64,000 nucleotides of DNA from Bryobacterales bacterium (GTDB lineage: Bacteria > Acidobacteriota > Terriglobia > Bryobacterales > UBA6623): assembly GCA_963422375.2 (NCBI GenBank), contig OY729428.2, forward strand, positions 1,888,001 through 1,952,000. The letters run 5' to 3'. Made by a program: the position numbers and the translations under genes. The stretch's first letter is position 1. Each line of letters opens with the position of its first letter. Under the pieces are notes generated by a model. It made no database searches. It saw only the letters and a program-made list of their open reading frames with translations, and had not been told where the DNA came from. Of the stretch, positions 52,137 through 62,549 are shown one piece after another.

Positions 52137-53888
52137 TTCCGCGACGACTGCACCAAGAACGGCTCTTGCCACTATAGCCATCCCGTCATAACCGAATCTG
52201 GCGGCGTGGCCTACTCACGTGTTCGGCAGGGATCAGGAGTGGTGGTCCGTGCCGTTCCGTATTTGACCCGGGTGCCTTCCAGACCGGTCGCAGGCTGGAT
52301 TGCCGCCTGCTGCTCGGCTGCACGAGGCCGCCCGCTGGCAGGCCCTTCGCGCTTCGACGGAACCGGGCAGAGCGGGCTTCCTCGCCTGAAGGGCGACTCT
52401 CGCGTTTGCGGCGGCTGGGCAACTGCGACCAAGGTCGCCGTCAATAGGAGGCACAAGGTACGTCAAGGCGCGCTGACCGTCTTGGCGCGCAGCCAGATGG
52501 AAGCGGTAGAACCGCCAAGTCGAATCTGTCCGGCTGCCAACTGCGACTGATTCGGGCGGGTCACGCTAGTCGCTCGCAAGGAGCTCGAGAGTGGCGTCCT
52601 CACGAGCAGCCCCTCGGTCATCCGTCAACATGCGTTCGACGGCGGTCGCGCAAGGCGAGCGACAGGGCTGTCCTTGCCGAAGCCATGCCACGGCAAGTCC
52701 CAGACCAGCAGGCGAGTCCACCGCACGGCGTGGTACGGCGTCCAGGACATTGCGGGTCCCCCGGGGTCGCTGATGCTCCGTCCGCGACGGTCGTGTCAGG
52801 TGATCGCCGGGACCGGTCGACCGTCCGGCGGTTGGATCGCCGGAGTGAGCCATCAGCGGACGAACACAAGGCCATTTCCAAGCCCATTCGGTAATACTAT
52901 AGGAGGTCGAATGCTTCGATGAAGGAATGCAGCAACTTTCGGTCCCTGCGGTCCATCTCGCGGCGATTTCTATACTTCTCCGGTTCGCTTATGATCTTGA
53001 TCCTTCGATTCCGTGGTGTTGATTGGCCAGAAGAACGGGGCAGGCGGACGTGATCTCCGCCATGATCTCCAAGGAATTCAGGAGAACGATTTTCCTCTCG
53101 TGAGGCTGTCTCACTCTTCCGTCATTGAAGAAGTCATCCCTTGCCCCCTCCCAGCCGATAGCGAAGCGATGCGACCTGGAGCATGACGGCATTCTGTCTC
53201 GGTATGCTGCGCGTCTTGAGTGATCGCCCGTCATGCTCTCGTGCTACGAACATCGTACTTGTGTCTGGGCCTAGCCGAGTCGGATCAATTTCGGAGAACA
53301 TGAGTTGAACTGTCATTTCAGGCCGATCAACGAGGCAGGGCCCGGAGGGCCCGCCGATCAACGATAGGACCGCTAATGACCAGAATGTCCGCACCGTGGT
53401 TGCTGGCTATCATCTCGGCGGCTGGAGTGATTGCCATGCGAGGATCTTCCTCCGCGCGATTTCAACGTGTTATGGCCAGGTTTCAGTGTCCGGCAATTCA
53501 AATGGGGCGATGCCCTTGGCGGGGAGTCCTGTTGCGTGTCCGCCCGCGGGGCGCGGGGTCTTTCACCGGACAGGCCCCTGCCGTTCGTCCTAGGCTAAGT
53601 CTTGCTAGTGACCGTGGTTGATACGGCCGTCAGCCGTCCACGGCACTGACCGAATGGCTCCCAGCTTTCCGCGAGGCTCCGACCTGTGGCCAGCCCCGCT
53701 GCCGTGCTCGGACCGGCGGCCCGAAACGATTGCCGTGCTCGGCCATTTCGCCGGCCGGTGCCTTGGCATCCGATCCATCGAACCGCGGTCCACGACCCGG
53801 CTCTTGAAAACCGCCCGCAGCGAGTGATTGCGCTAGACTCAGGGAGGGGGAGGTCGCGAGGCTGCCCGGCTCTCCAACGCCGAACTGG

Positions 53889-54473
53889 ATGAACAAGTAC
53901 GTGATCATCGGACAGCAGTCCGCGGGCAAGTCAACGCAATGTCGCATGCTGTCGGCCCGTTTCGACTTCGTCCACATCTCGGTCGGGGACATCATTCGCT
54001 GGCATCTGGAGCATCGCACGAAACTTGCCTCACGCATCCAGGTGATCCTCGATTCGGGCAACCTGATTCCCGACGAAATCGTGATGGATCTCGTCCGGAG
54101 GCGGCTGCAAGAGCACGATTGGAACTTTGGATTCGTCCTCGACGGATTCCCGCGAACCAGAGCGCAAGCGGATTTCCTGTGGCAGAACTGGGACATCGAC
54201 CAAGTCCTCTACATCGACCTTCCCGACGACATCGTGTTCCAGCGCGTATGGGAGCGAGGCCGGGCCGGGTGGGGGTCAGGCTACACCAAGCGCGCTGACG
54301 CCCATCCCGATGCCGTGCGACGCAGGATTCGCAACTACCACGCACGGACCAAGCCCCTGCTCAGCCTCTACAGGAGCCTCGGAATCCTGACCGACATCGA
54401 CGGAAACCGCACGATTACAGCGGTTTTCTCGAGAATCACGCGGTCTCTGGGGTTGCTTGAAGGTCCCGTTTAG
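53889..54473 (+). CDS. Adenylate kinase-like nucleoside monophosphate kinase (short LID)
   Basis: GQQSAGKSTQ P-loop, HISVGDIIR, G.LIPD, GFVLDGFPRT..QA. Confidence 0.85.
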   Translation: MNKYVIIGQQSAGKSTQCRMLSARFDFVHISVGDIIRWHLEHRTKLASRIQVILDSGNLIPDEIVMDLVRRRLQEHDWNFGFVLDGFPRTRAQADFLWQNWDIDQVLYIDLPDDIVFQRVWERGRAGWGSGYTKRADAHPDAVRRRIRNYHARTKPLLSLYRSLGILTDIDGNRTITAVFSRITRSLGLLEGPV

Positions 54474-54485
54474 GGCGCTCGGAAG

Positions 54486-55922
54486 CTAGAGCGCCTTCGC
54501 CTTCGACCATTCGTATTCCACTCCGCCGTCCACGTTGTGCAGGCGGAAGGTGATGCGGCTCTCGTCGTACACTTTGTCCGCCAGCACAGAGACGAAACCG
54601 CCCTTCACCCGGTGAAAGCGGTGGTAGGCATCGTCCTCCCCGGGCGTGCCGCCGGCATGCTCGTCCGTGGCCGGACCGCTCGAGAACTCCTGGACGCCGG
54701 TCCGCGGGTGGACCGAGTGGTACTGCCAGTGCCTGTCGCCGCAGACGATGAAGAAGTTCTCGGGCAGATTCTCGGCGAACCACTCCCGGATTTCGTCGCC
54801 CTCGTGCTGGAAGCCCCGATTCGCATGGTTGTCGTTCTTGCTGCCTCTATCCGGTCCCACGATCGGTGTCGGGCTGACTAGGACCTTCCAGTCGGCGTCG
54901 CTAGTCAGCAGCGATCCCTTGAGCCACTGCTTCTGCTCCGCTCCCCAGATGGTCTTGTCGGGTCCGTCCGGCATCGTGTTGGGCGACCGGAAGTCACGGC
55001 CCTCGACGACCCACACCTGCAGCCCCTTGCCCCAGCGGAATGTCCGGTAGGGCAGATCGCTCATCGGCACCTGCTCCGAATAGACCTGCAGCCCTTGCTC
55101 CCAGCTGAACGTACCCATGTAATCCCGCGACATGCCCGGCCAGTTGTCGTTGTGGTACGAGTCATGGTCGTCCTTTTCCCAGTAGCCCGGCACGCTCAAA
55201 TGGAGCCGGACGAGGGAAGGGAAGCTGTACATCCTGTGCCAGTGGTACCGGGCCAGCGCCAGCGACGTAACGAGAGGGGCATCGTTATCGTAGTAGACCG
55301 TGTCGCCTGTCGGCACGATGAACTTCGGCGCGAGATCCAGCATCGACTTGTAGATCTTGAACCCGTCCGGCGCGTCGTGGTCCCGGTTCGCCTGGCCCGT
55401 GACCGCCGTGAACAGCACCGTGACGTACTGGTCGGGGGGCGGAGCCGTCTCGAAGCGGCCGTTGATCGGCTTGTGCCGGACAGTGCCGTCCAAGCTTCCC
55501 GTCTCCGCCTCGAAATAGTAAACGGTCGAGGGCTCGAGGCCGGCGAGGCGGAAGTGCTGCGTGAAGTCGTTTGCCGGGCCCGCCTCAACCCATGCCGTGG
55601 AGCGAGGATCGAAAAAGTTCACGTTGTCCGCGTAGCGCAAGCGGACGAGGCCGGGCGCTCCGGGTACAGAGCCCTGCAAGTCGCGCGGATCTAGCTGCTC
55701 GATCTCGGTGCCGGGCTCGGGCTTGTCGGCCCGGCCGCGGAACGCGATTCCGTCCGACCGGCGTTCGGCCGATTCGGTGATGCGAGTCCAAATGATCGCG
55801 GAGTCCGACGAGACCTCGCCGACCTTCACGCCCGTGGCCTGCCTAGACTCGTCCAAGTACGTGACGCTAGGGTCGCAGGCGGTCTGCGCCAGGAACAGAA
55901 GCGCTAGGAGGATGCGTGGCAT
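54486..55922 (-). CDS. Alkaline phosphatase D (PhoD) family protein, probable lipoprotein
   Basis: Lipobox-like QTAC, AIIWTR, GDTVYYD, DDHD, YRTFRWG, G.EQ..WL, CGDRHWQY. Confidence 0.88.
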   Translation of the reverse strand: MPRILLALLFLAQTACDPSVTYLDESRQATGVKVGEVSSDSAIIWTRITESAERRSDGIAFRGRADKPEPGTEIEQLDPRDLQGSVPGAPGLVRLRYADNVNFFDPRSTAWVEAGPANDFTQHFRLAGLEPSTVYYFEAETGSLDGTVRHKPINGRFETAPPPDQYVTVLFTAVTGQANRDHDAPDGFKIYKSMLDLAPKFIVPTGDTVYYDNDAPLVTSLALARYHWHRMYSFPSLVRLHLSVPGYWEKDDHDSYHNDNWPGMSRDYMGTFSWEQGLQVYSEQVPMSDLPYRTFRWGKGLQVWVVEGRDFRSPNTMPDGPDKTIWGAEQKQWLKGSLLTSDADWKVLVSPTPIVGPDRGSKNDNHANRGFQHEGDEIREWFAENLPENFFIVCGDRHWQYHSVHPRTGVQEFSSGPATDEHAGGTPGEDDAYHRFHRVKGGFVSVLADKVYDESRITFRLHNVDGGVEYEWSKAKAL

Positions 55923-55932
55923 TGTCTCTATA

Positions 55933-56304
55933 CTAGCGACCCCCCCTAGCTCTCAGTCGCGCCAGCTGGCGCTCCACCGAGATCAGCCTCTCGAGCACGG
56001 CGCGCTGGCCCGGCCCCCCGCAGTCGCAATTGACGGGCCGGTCTTCCAACTGGATCACGCGCACCTCCAAGCGGTCGAGCTTGAGCTCGGACAGCGGGCC
56101 CAAGCCCTCCGGCCGGGCTTGCTCGGCCGTCAGCCGTTCTTCCGCGGCCCGGGCAAGCCCGTCCTCGATTGCGTCCAGCCTCTCTTCGATCGCGCGCAGG
56201 CGGTCGTCGTACGTCGCGCGCACGGGAAGGCGGCCCTGGGCTAGGAGAATGGCCGCCGAGGGGACCGCGGCGAGCAGGAGCAACGCGCATCGGCTGCGCG
56301 GCAT
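55933..56304 (-). CDS. Hypothetical secreted coiled-coil protein
   Basis: Hydrophobic N-terminus, heptad-like RL..IE.RL repeats, CDC. Codirectional between nadA and phoD. Confidence 0.6.
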   Translation of the reverse strand: MPRSRCALLLLAAVPSAAILLAQGRLPVRATYDDRLRAIEERLDAIEDGLARAAEERLTAEQARPEGLGPLSELKLDRLEVRVIQLEDRPVNCDCGGPGQRAVLERLISVERQLARLRARGGR

Positions 56305-56420
56305 GGCGGGCGACATGCTGTGAGTCTCGCATACCCGGGCGAGACGGCTGGACACCTCCCGCGTCGCGCGGAGAGCCGCTGCGGTCGACGGGACCCCTCT
56401 CTAGCAGCGAGGCGAGAGTT

Positions 56421-57476
56421 TCACTGGATGGTCAGCATGCGATCGATCGCGCGCTGGGCCTTGCGCGCGACGCCCGGCTCGATCTCTACCTCGATTCGGT
56501 CCTGCTCCAGCGAGACGAGCAGCTTTTCCAGCGTATTCATCTTCATGTACTCGCAGACGGCGTCCGGGCTCACCGGGTGGAAGATCTTGCCTGGCAGACG
56601 GCGGCGAAGCCTGTATACCATGCCCATCTCGGTCCCGACGATGAACTCCCGCGCGGCGGACGATTCGGCGTGCCGGACCATGCCCTCGGTGGACAGGAAG
56701 AAGGCCCTCTGGTAGGGCGAGGTGCCCTGCATCACCCTGGCCATGCAATGGGACGCGCATCCGCACTCCGGATGGATGAGGAGTTCCGCTTCAGGGTGGC
56801 GCTCGAAGGCCTCCTCGAGGGCGGTTTCGCCGATTTTGGCATGCACGTGACAGAAGCCGTCGTAGAGATCCACTAGCGCCGGGTCCACGACCTTGCTCTG
56901 GGCGATCGACACCGATCCCAGGAACTTGTCCGGCAGGAACAGGATGCGCTGGCCCGGGTTGCGGGATGCGGCGTGGTCTAGGACCTGCGCCGCGTTCCTC
57001 GACGTGCAGATGTAGTCGCTCAGGGCCTTTGTGGCCGCGTCCGTGTTGACGTAGGAGATCACGATGCCGTCGGGACAGGCCTGCTTCCAGCGCCGTACTC
57101 GCTCGCGGTCGATGGACTCGACCAGAGAGCATCCGGGCCGGTCCGGCATGTAGATCTTGGCGCGGTCGCCGACGATCGTCTTGGCGGTCTCGCCCATGAA
57201 CCACACCCCGCAGAAGTCGACGCGCGACGCGGGCTGCCTGGCGACGTAGCGGCTGAGGCCGAGCGAGTCGCCGACCTCCGCCGCGACTTCCTGCAGTTCT
57301 GGGAACTGATAGTTGTGAGCGACGATCAGCGACCGCTTGCTCTTCGCGAGTTCGCGGACCTTTCGCCCGGTCTCGACCAGCCGGGAAGTGTACTCGTGCG
57401 TGTAGCGGCCGGGGTACAGGTCGCCCGCCGCCCGGTTGAATGTGTCGTACCACGCAGGGTAGGGCAGTCTCTGCAT
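56421..57476 (-). CDS. nadA: Quinolinate synthase
   Basis: AHNYQ, GDSL.L, FCGV.FMGETAK, GCSL, YVNT, CTS.NA, FLPD..LG, C.VH, HPEC, C.YMK. Confidence 0.96.
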   Translation of the reverse strand: MQRLPYPAWYDTFNRAAGDLYPGRYTHEYTSRLVETGRKVRELAKSKRSLIVAHNYQFPELQEVAAEVGDSLGLSRYVARQPASRVDFCGVWFMGETAKTIVGDRAKIYMPDRPGCSLVESIDRERVRRWKQACPDGIVISYVNTDAATKALSDYICTSRNAAQVLDHAASRNPGQRILFLPDKFLGSVSIAQSKVVDPALVDLYDGFCHVHAKIGETALEEAFERHPEAELLIHPECGCASHCMARVMQGTSPYQRAFFLSTEGMVRHAESSAAREFIVGTEMGMVYRLRRRLPGKIFHPVSPDAVCEYMKMNTLEKLLVSLEQDRIEVEIEPGVARKAQRAIDRMLTIQ

Positions 57477-57544
57477 CCCTCTATGCTCCGCTGGCAGCCA
57501 GCCTCAGTATGACCGAACGGCAAGGCGCTCGCACCTCCCGAGAG

Positions 57545-57865
57545 TCAGACTTGAAATGACTTCCCGCATCCGCAGTTCCTCTCCGCGTTCGGGTTCTTGA
57601 AGAGGAACCGCTGTTCCAGCAGTGTCTCGACGTAGTCCAGCGTCATGCCGTCCAGGTACCGGTAGCTCTTCGGATCCACGCACAGGCGCACGCCCTCGAC
57701 CTCGAAGACGCTGTCGGTGGCGCGGGCGCTGCGTTCGTACCTGAATTTGTATTGCAGTCCGGAGCAACCGCCTCCGATGACGCCGAGTCGCAGCAGGCCG
57801 CCCGGATTCTCTGACGCCAGCATTCCCCGGATTCTGCTAGTCGCGCTGGGGGTTACGTCGATCAT
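57545..57865 (-). CDS. IscA/HesB family Fe-S cluster assembly accessory protein
   Basis: LRLGV.GGGCSGLQY, VDPKS..YL.G..LDY, NPNA...CGCGKSF. Confidence 0.95.
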   Translation of the reverse strand: MIDVTPSATSRIRGMLASENPGGLLRLGVIGGGCSGLQYKFRYERSARATDSVFEVEGVRLCVDPKSYRYLDGMTLDYVETLLEQRFLFKNPNAERNCGCGKSFQV

Positions 57866-58006
57866 CGCTCCTAACCATCATACTCCCGCCGGGATTCCGT
57901 GCGCCGGAGCTGGCATGCCGCGCCGCGGCGTTGGCGGCGGCGGGCATACCCGCGCTCGAGGCGCGGCCGAGCCCTGCTAGTAGAATGGCTGTATCCGGTC
58001 GCGCGC

Positions 58007-59020
58007 GTGTTGACGGACAGCTATTGCCGGCCCTTGCAGGATCTGCGGATCTCGGTCACCGACCGCTGCAACTTCCGCTGTACCTACTGCATGCCGCTGG
58101 ACCAGTACGACTGGATTTCGCGGGACCAGATCCTCACGTTCGAGGAAATTGGCCGCTTGGTGCGCATCTTCGCCGGCCTCGGCGCGACCAAGCTGCGCAT
58201 CACGGGCGGGGAGCCCCTGCTGCGACGGGACTTGGCCGACCTAGTTTCCATGCTGGCTGGAATCGACGGGATTGAGGATCTGTGCCTGACCACCAACGGC
58301 TCGCTGCTCGAGGGCTCGGCCGTCGCCTTGCGCCGGGCGGGGCTGACCCGCGTGACGATCAGCATCGACTCAGTCCGACCCGCTACGTTCCAGCGCATGG
58401 CGCAGCGGGGCAGCTTGGATGATGTCCTCGCGGGGGTGGCGGCTGCCCAGCGGACAGGACTCGTTCCCGTCAAGCTGAACGCGGTCGTGGAGCGCGGAGT
58501 GAACGACGGTGAAATCCGGGAACTCGTCGAATACGCTAGGTCGGAGCGCGTGGAAATCCGCTTCATCGAGTTCATGGACGTCGGCAACGTCAACCAATGG
58601 TCCTCGCGGAAACTCGTGCCGAAAGCCGAGATCCTAGACCGCGTCATGGAGACCCACCCGTTCGCGCCGGTCGCCGCAGCGCGCGGGAGCGCTCCGTCCC
58701 AGCGGTATCGCTACTTGGACGGGCGCGGGAGCTTCGGCGTGATCGCCTCGGTCACGGAGCCATTTTGCGGAGCGTGCACGCGAGCGCGGCTGACGGCCGA
58801 CGGCCGCTTGGTGACCTGCCTGTTCTCGACGCGCGGCCGCGACCTCAAGACGCCGCTGCGGGCCGGAAGCACGGACGCCGACCTGCGCGAGACCATCGCC
58901 GCCGCGTGGAGGGACCGGGATGACCGCTTCTCCGAGGAGCGGCTCGTCGCGATCGCATCGGCCGAGGGGTACAGGCCGGAGTCGGTTCGGAAGCTGGAGA
59001 TGATCAGTCTCGGCGGCTAG
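58007..59020 (+). CDS. moaA: GTP 3',8-cyclase (radical SAM)
   Basis: LRISVTDRCNFRCTYCMP, RITGGEPLLR, FCGACTRARLTADG...CL, C-terminal GG. Confidence 0.97.
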   Translation: MLTDSYCRPLQDLRISVTDRCNFRCTYCMPLDQYDWISRDQILTFEEIGRLVRIFAGLGATKLRITGGEPLLRRDLADLVSMLAGIDGIEDLCLTTNGSLLEGSAVALRRAGLTRVTISIDSVRPATFQRMAQRGSLDDVLAGVAAAQRTGLVPVKLNAVVERGVNDGEIRELVEYARSERVEIRFIEFMDVGNVNQWSSRKLVPKAEILDRVMETHPFAPVAAARGSAPSQRYRYLDGRGSFGVIASVTEPFCGACTRARLTADGRLVTCLFSTRGRDLKTPLRAGSTDADLRETIAAAWRDRDDRFSEERLVAIASAEGYRPESVRKLEMISLGG

Positions 59021-59086
59021 CGTCGAACCGAGGCATGCAGTGGCCCCTCGCCACCGGGCACGACCGATTTCGGCCGGCCAGGGCCG

Positions 59087-60085
59087 TCAGGAGTCGACGT
59101 GGCAGCGGAAATGGCTGTCCAAGGCCTGCTTGTTGAAATCCGACATCTCCTGCGAGAACCGGCCCATTTCCTCCGGATGCATCGGCTTGAAGTTCCTCGC
59201 AACCTCGGTGTTCTCTTGGATGAATTCGAGCGAGGGCATCCCGACGACCGCGGATGTGACCGGCAGCGAGAGGGCGTAGCGCAGGAGTGGTTCGATCCCG
59301 GCCCGGCCCTGGCCGTCGCCCACCAGAGACTCCTGGCCGGTCACCTTCATGGCGAGCACTCCCATGCCCTTGCGGACAGCGACCGGCAGGGCGACGGCCT
59401 CGAAGCTGTCCTCGGGGGCGTTGTCCACCGGATCTCTCGAGTTCCGGCTGCGTCCCTGCCTCGCGGCGTTGAGCGCCATCTGCGTGCAGTCGAAGCCGTG
59501 GCGCTCCAGTGCGGTCGCGAGCACGTCCGGATGGGTGTGGCTCGTGATCCCGGCGAACCGGCAGACGCCCTCGTCGCGCAGCTGCATCAGCGCCTTGAGA
59601 GCCCCGGCCTCTATCTCCGCCAGATCTGCCTCGTCCCCGAGGCTATGGATATGGATCAGGTCGATTCGGTCCGTCCGGAGGCGCTGCAGGCTCCGCTCCG
59701 TTTCCCGCATGGCTTCGTCTCGGTCGCGCACGCGGATCTTCGTAGCTAGGAAGACCTCGTCCCTACGCCCGGCCATCACCTTCCCGACCCAAGTCTCGCT
59801 GGTTCCCCCGCCGTATCCCTGGGCGGTGTCGAGGTAGGTGATGCCGAGGTCGATGGCAAGCTCGAGCGCCTCGACGGCCTTGTCCTCCTCTTCGTACATC
59901 GCTAGTCGGCTCCCGCATCCCATCGCGAGGACGGAGGGCTCCGCGCCGGTGTTCCCGAGAGGCCGTGACGGCAGGGCCGCGGGTGCCGCGCGCGCTTCTT
60001 CGCGCTCCTGCGTCGGGGCGGCGCATCCCGAAGAAAGGGCGACGGCCCCTCCTAGGAAGTGGCGGCGTGTTAGATCGATTGCCAT
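59087..60085 (-). CDS. Aldo/keto reductase with Tat/lipoprotein-like signal
   Basis: TRRHFL, RPLGNTG, YLDTA..YG, FLATK, SL.RL.TD.IDL..IH. Confidence 0.92.
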   Translation of the reverse strand: MAIDLTRRHFLGGAVALSSGCAAPTQEREEARAAPAALPSRPLGNTGAEPSVLAMGCGSRLAMYEEEDKAVEALELAIDLGITYLDTAQGYGGGTSETWVGKVMAGRRDEVFLATKIRVRDRDEAMRETERSLQRLRTDRIDLIHIHSLGDEADLAEIEAGALKALMQLRDEGVCRFAGITSHTHPDVLATALERHGFDCTQMALNAARQGRSRNSRDPVDNAPEDSFEAVALPVAVRKGMGVLAMKVTGQESLVGDGQGRAGIEPLLRYALSLPVTSAVVGMPSLEFIQENTEVARNFKPMHPEEMGRFSQEMSDFNKQALDSHFRCHVDS

Positions 60086-60177
60086 GCTGGGCGGCCTCCT
60101 CGGCGCGCACTCACTCTAATACCCCGTCGCGCCCGCCCGCAATGGAGTGAGACTGCGGGACCATATAATGGGCGTCC

Positions 60178-61904
60178 ATGTCGCAATCCAACTCGAAGTT
60201 GCGGTCGCAGGAGTGGTTCGGGCGCCGCGACAAGCTGGGTTTCCTCCATCGCTCCTGGCTGCGCGCGGAGGGCTTCCCCGGCACCGTGTTCAGCGGCAAG
60301 CCCGTCATCGGCATCTGCAATTCCTGGTCCGAGCTGACGAGCTGCAACGCCCACCTGCGGCAGGTCGCCGAAGCCGTGAAGCGCGGGGTCTGGTCGGCCG
60401 GCGGGTTCCCCCTCGAATTCCCGACGATCTCGCTCGGCGAGCCCTTCATGCGGCCTTCGAGCATGATGTTCCGCAACCTGATGGCGATGGACGTGGAGGA
60501 GTCGATCCGCGCGAACCCATGGACGGCGTCGTGCTCCTCTGCGGCTGCGACAAGACTACGCCCGCGCAGCTGATGGGGGCGGCCAGCGCGGATCTGCCGT
60601 CGATATTCGTGACCGGCGGGCCGATGCTCAAGGGCATCTGGCGGAACAAGGAAGTGGGGTCCGGAACGGACGTATGGCACTACTGGGACGAGTTGCGGGC
60701 CGGGCGCATCAGCGAGGAGGACTGGTGCGAGATCGAGTGCTCGATGTCGCGGTCCGCCGGGCACTGCATGGTCATGGGCACGGCCTCGACCATGACGAGC
60801 CTGACGGAGGCCTTGGGCATGACGCTGACGGGATGCGCGAACATTCCGGCCGCGGATTCGCGACGCTACGAAATCGCCCATCGCAGCGGCGAGCGGATCG
60901 TTGAAATGGTGCGGGAGGACCTGCGGCCGTCCCGGATCGTCACTCGAGAGGCCTTGGAGAATGCGGTGCGCGTGGACATGGCGATCGGCGGATCCACGAA
61001 TGCCATCATCCACTTGAAGGCCTTGGCCGGGCGCCTCGGGATCGACTTCCCTCTGGAGCGGTTCGACGAGATCTCGCGCGAGACGGCCGTGATCGCGAAC
61101 ATCCGGCCGTCGGGCGAGCATCTCATGGAGGACATGTTTTATGCCGGGGGGATTCCTGTCGTCATGCGCGATCTCCTGGACCAGCTCCGCGGCGATGCAC
61201 TCACGGTGACGGGCAAGACGGTGCGCGAGAACGTAAGCGGGGCCGAGTGCCACAACCGCGAGGTCATCCGCACCAAGGACCGCGCCCTGCAGCCGGAGGG
61301 CGGGACCGTGATCCTCAAGGGCAACCTCTGCCCGCGCGGCGCGGTCCTGAAGACCAGCGCCGCGTCGCCCGAGCTGCTGCAGCACACGGGCCGGGCACTG
61401 GTCTTCGAGGATCACGAGGATCTGATGCAGCGCATCGATTCGCCCGATCTCGAGGTCGACCCCAGTTCGGTTCTCGTCCTCAAGAATGGCGGACCGGTCG
61501 GCGCTCCCGGCATGCCGGAATATGGCAACATGACGATTCCCGCGAAGCTGCTCAAGCGCGGCGTCAAGGACATGGTGCGCATTTCCGATGCGCGCATGAG
61601 CGGCACCAGCTACGGCACGGTGGTGCTGCACGTGAGTCCCGAGTCGGCGGTCGGAGGGCCGCTCGCGTACGTGCGGACGCGCGACGAGATTCGGCTCGAC
61701 ACCGCGGGGCGTCGGCTTGACCTGCTTGTCGACGACGCCGAGATGAGCCGGCGCCGGGACGCGTGGCGCCCGCGCGAAGCGCACTACGACCGGGGCTACG
61801 GCAGGATGTTCCTCGAGTCGGTCCTGCAGGCGGACGAGGGCTGCGACTTCGCCTACCTGCGAGGGACTGGGCGGGCGGAGAAGAGGCTACCCCTGGCGTT
61901 CTGA
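60178..61904 (+). pseudogene. IlvD/Edd-family dehydratase (sugar-acid dehydratase-like) with one frameshift near 60516
   Basis: N-part IGICNSWSEL..CN.H..RNLMAMDVEESIRANP continues in another frame as MDGVVLLCGCDKTTPA..CMVMGTASTM..GGSTN..SDARMSGT. One base missing in AACCCATG. Confidence 0.88.
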
Positions 61905-62065
61905 CGGAATCCGGAAGCTCTCCGCGCCGCTGCACACCTCCCGCACGGCCTTGGGTCCGCTTGGGGTCTCACGCGGACCGTCACACGCCGCCGGCCGGCA
62001 CTCCAGATTCTGAATCAGGCCGCAGTCGCGCCTCGAAGGCAGCCGCGACGGCGGCGATGGGCTCG

Positions 62066-62545
62066 CTACGGGGCGCTGGGCGGAGCGGAGAATCGCAGCC
62101 AGACCGCCCGGCCCGCGGCCGGCAGCCCCGCCAGCACCAGGAACGGAATCAGGGCGTAGGCAATTACGAACGGCGGTCCGAGCAAGCCTCCCACCAAGCT
62201 CAGGCAAACGGCGAAGGGAGTCGCGACCAGCGTCCCGCCGATCACGAATCTCCTCCAAGCCCCGCAGCTGTTCCGGAGCATCAGATTCGCGAGCAGGCCG
62301 ACCAGCAGGCCCGCAACGAAGAAGAGCGCCATGCCCGGAATGATCCGAGCGAGGGTGGCACCGTCGCCCTGCGCAATAGCCAGGCCGGTCGAGCTCCCGA
62401 ATCGCACAAGCGCGACGACGGCCTGGATCGCTGCGAAGGCCGCTCCGAACAGGACCGGCAGCTTCAGCCGCCTCCGCGCCCTATGGCACGAGCACCGCCC
62501 GATGGCGGAGCTCTCCCGTGCAGAGTTGGTCCCAGTCTGTTCCAT
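62066..62545 (-). CDS. Hypothetical membrane protein (about 4 TM segments)
   Basis: Four hydrophobic stretches. Starts just after the acyl-CoA dehydrogenase stop. Confidence 0.65.
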   Translation of the reverse strand: MEQTGTNSARESSAIGRCSCHRARRRLKLPVLFGAAFAAIQAVVALVRFGSSTGLAIAQGDGATLARIIPGMALFFVAGLLVGLLANLMLRNSCGAWRRFVIGGTLVATPFAVCLSLVGGLLGPPFVIAYALIPFLVLAGLPAAGRAVWLRFSAPPSAP

Positions 62546-62549
62546 TGGC

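Noticed and set aside
57545..57865. HesB-like selenoprotein
   Set aside because: All conserved positions are Cys codons, and the TGA falls at the normal C-terminus.
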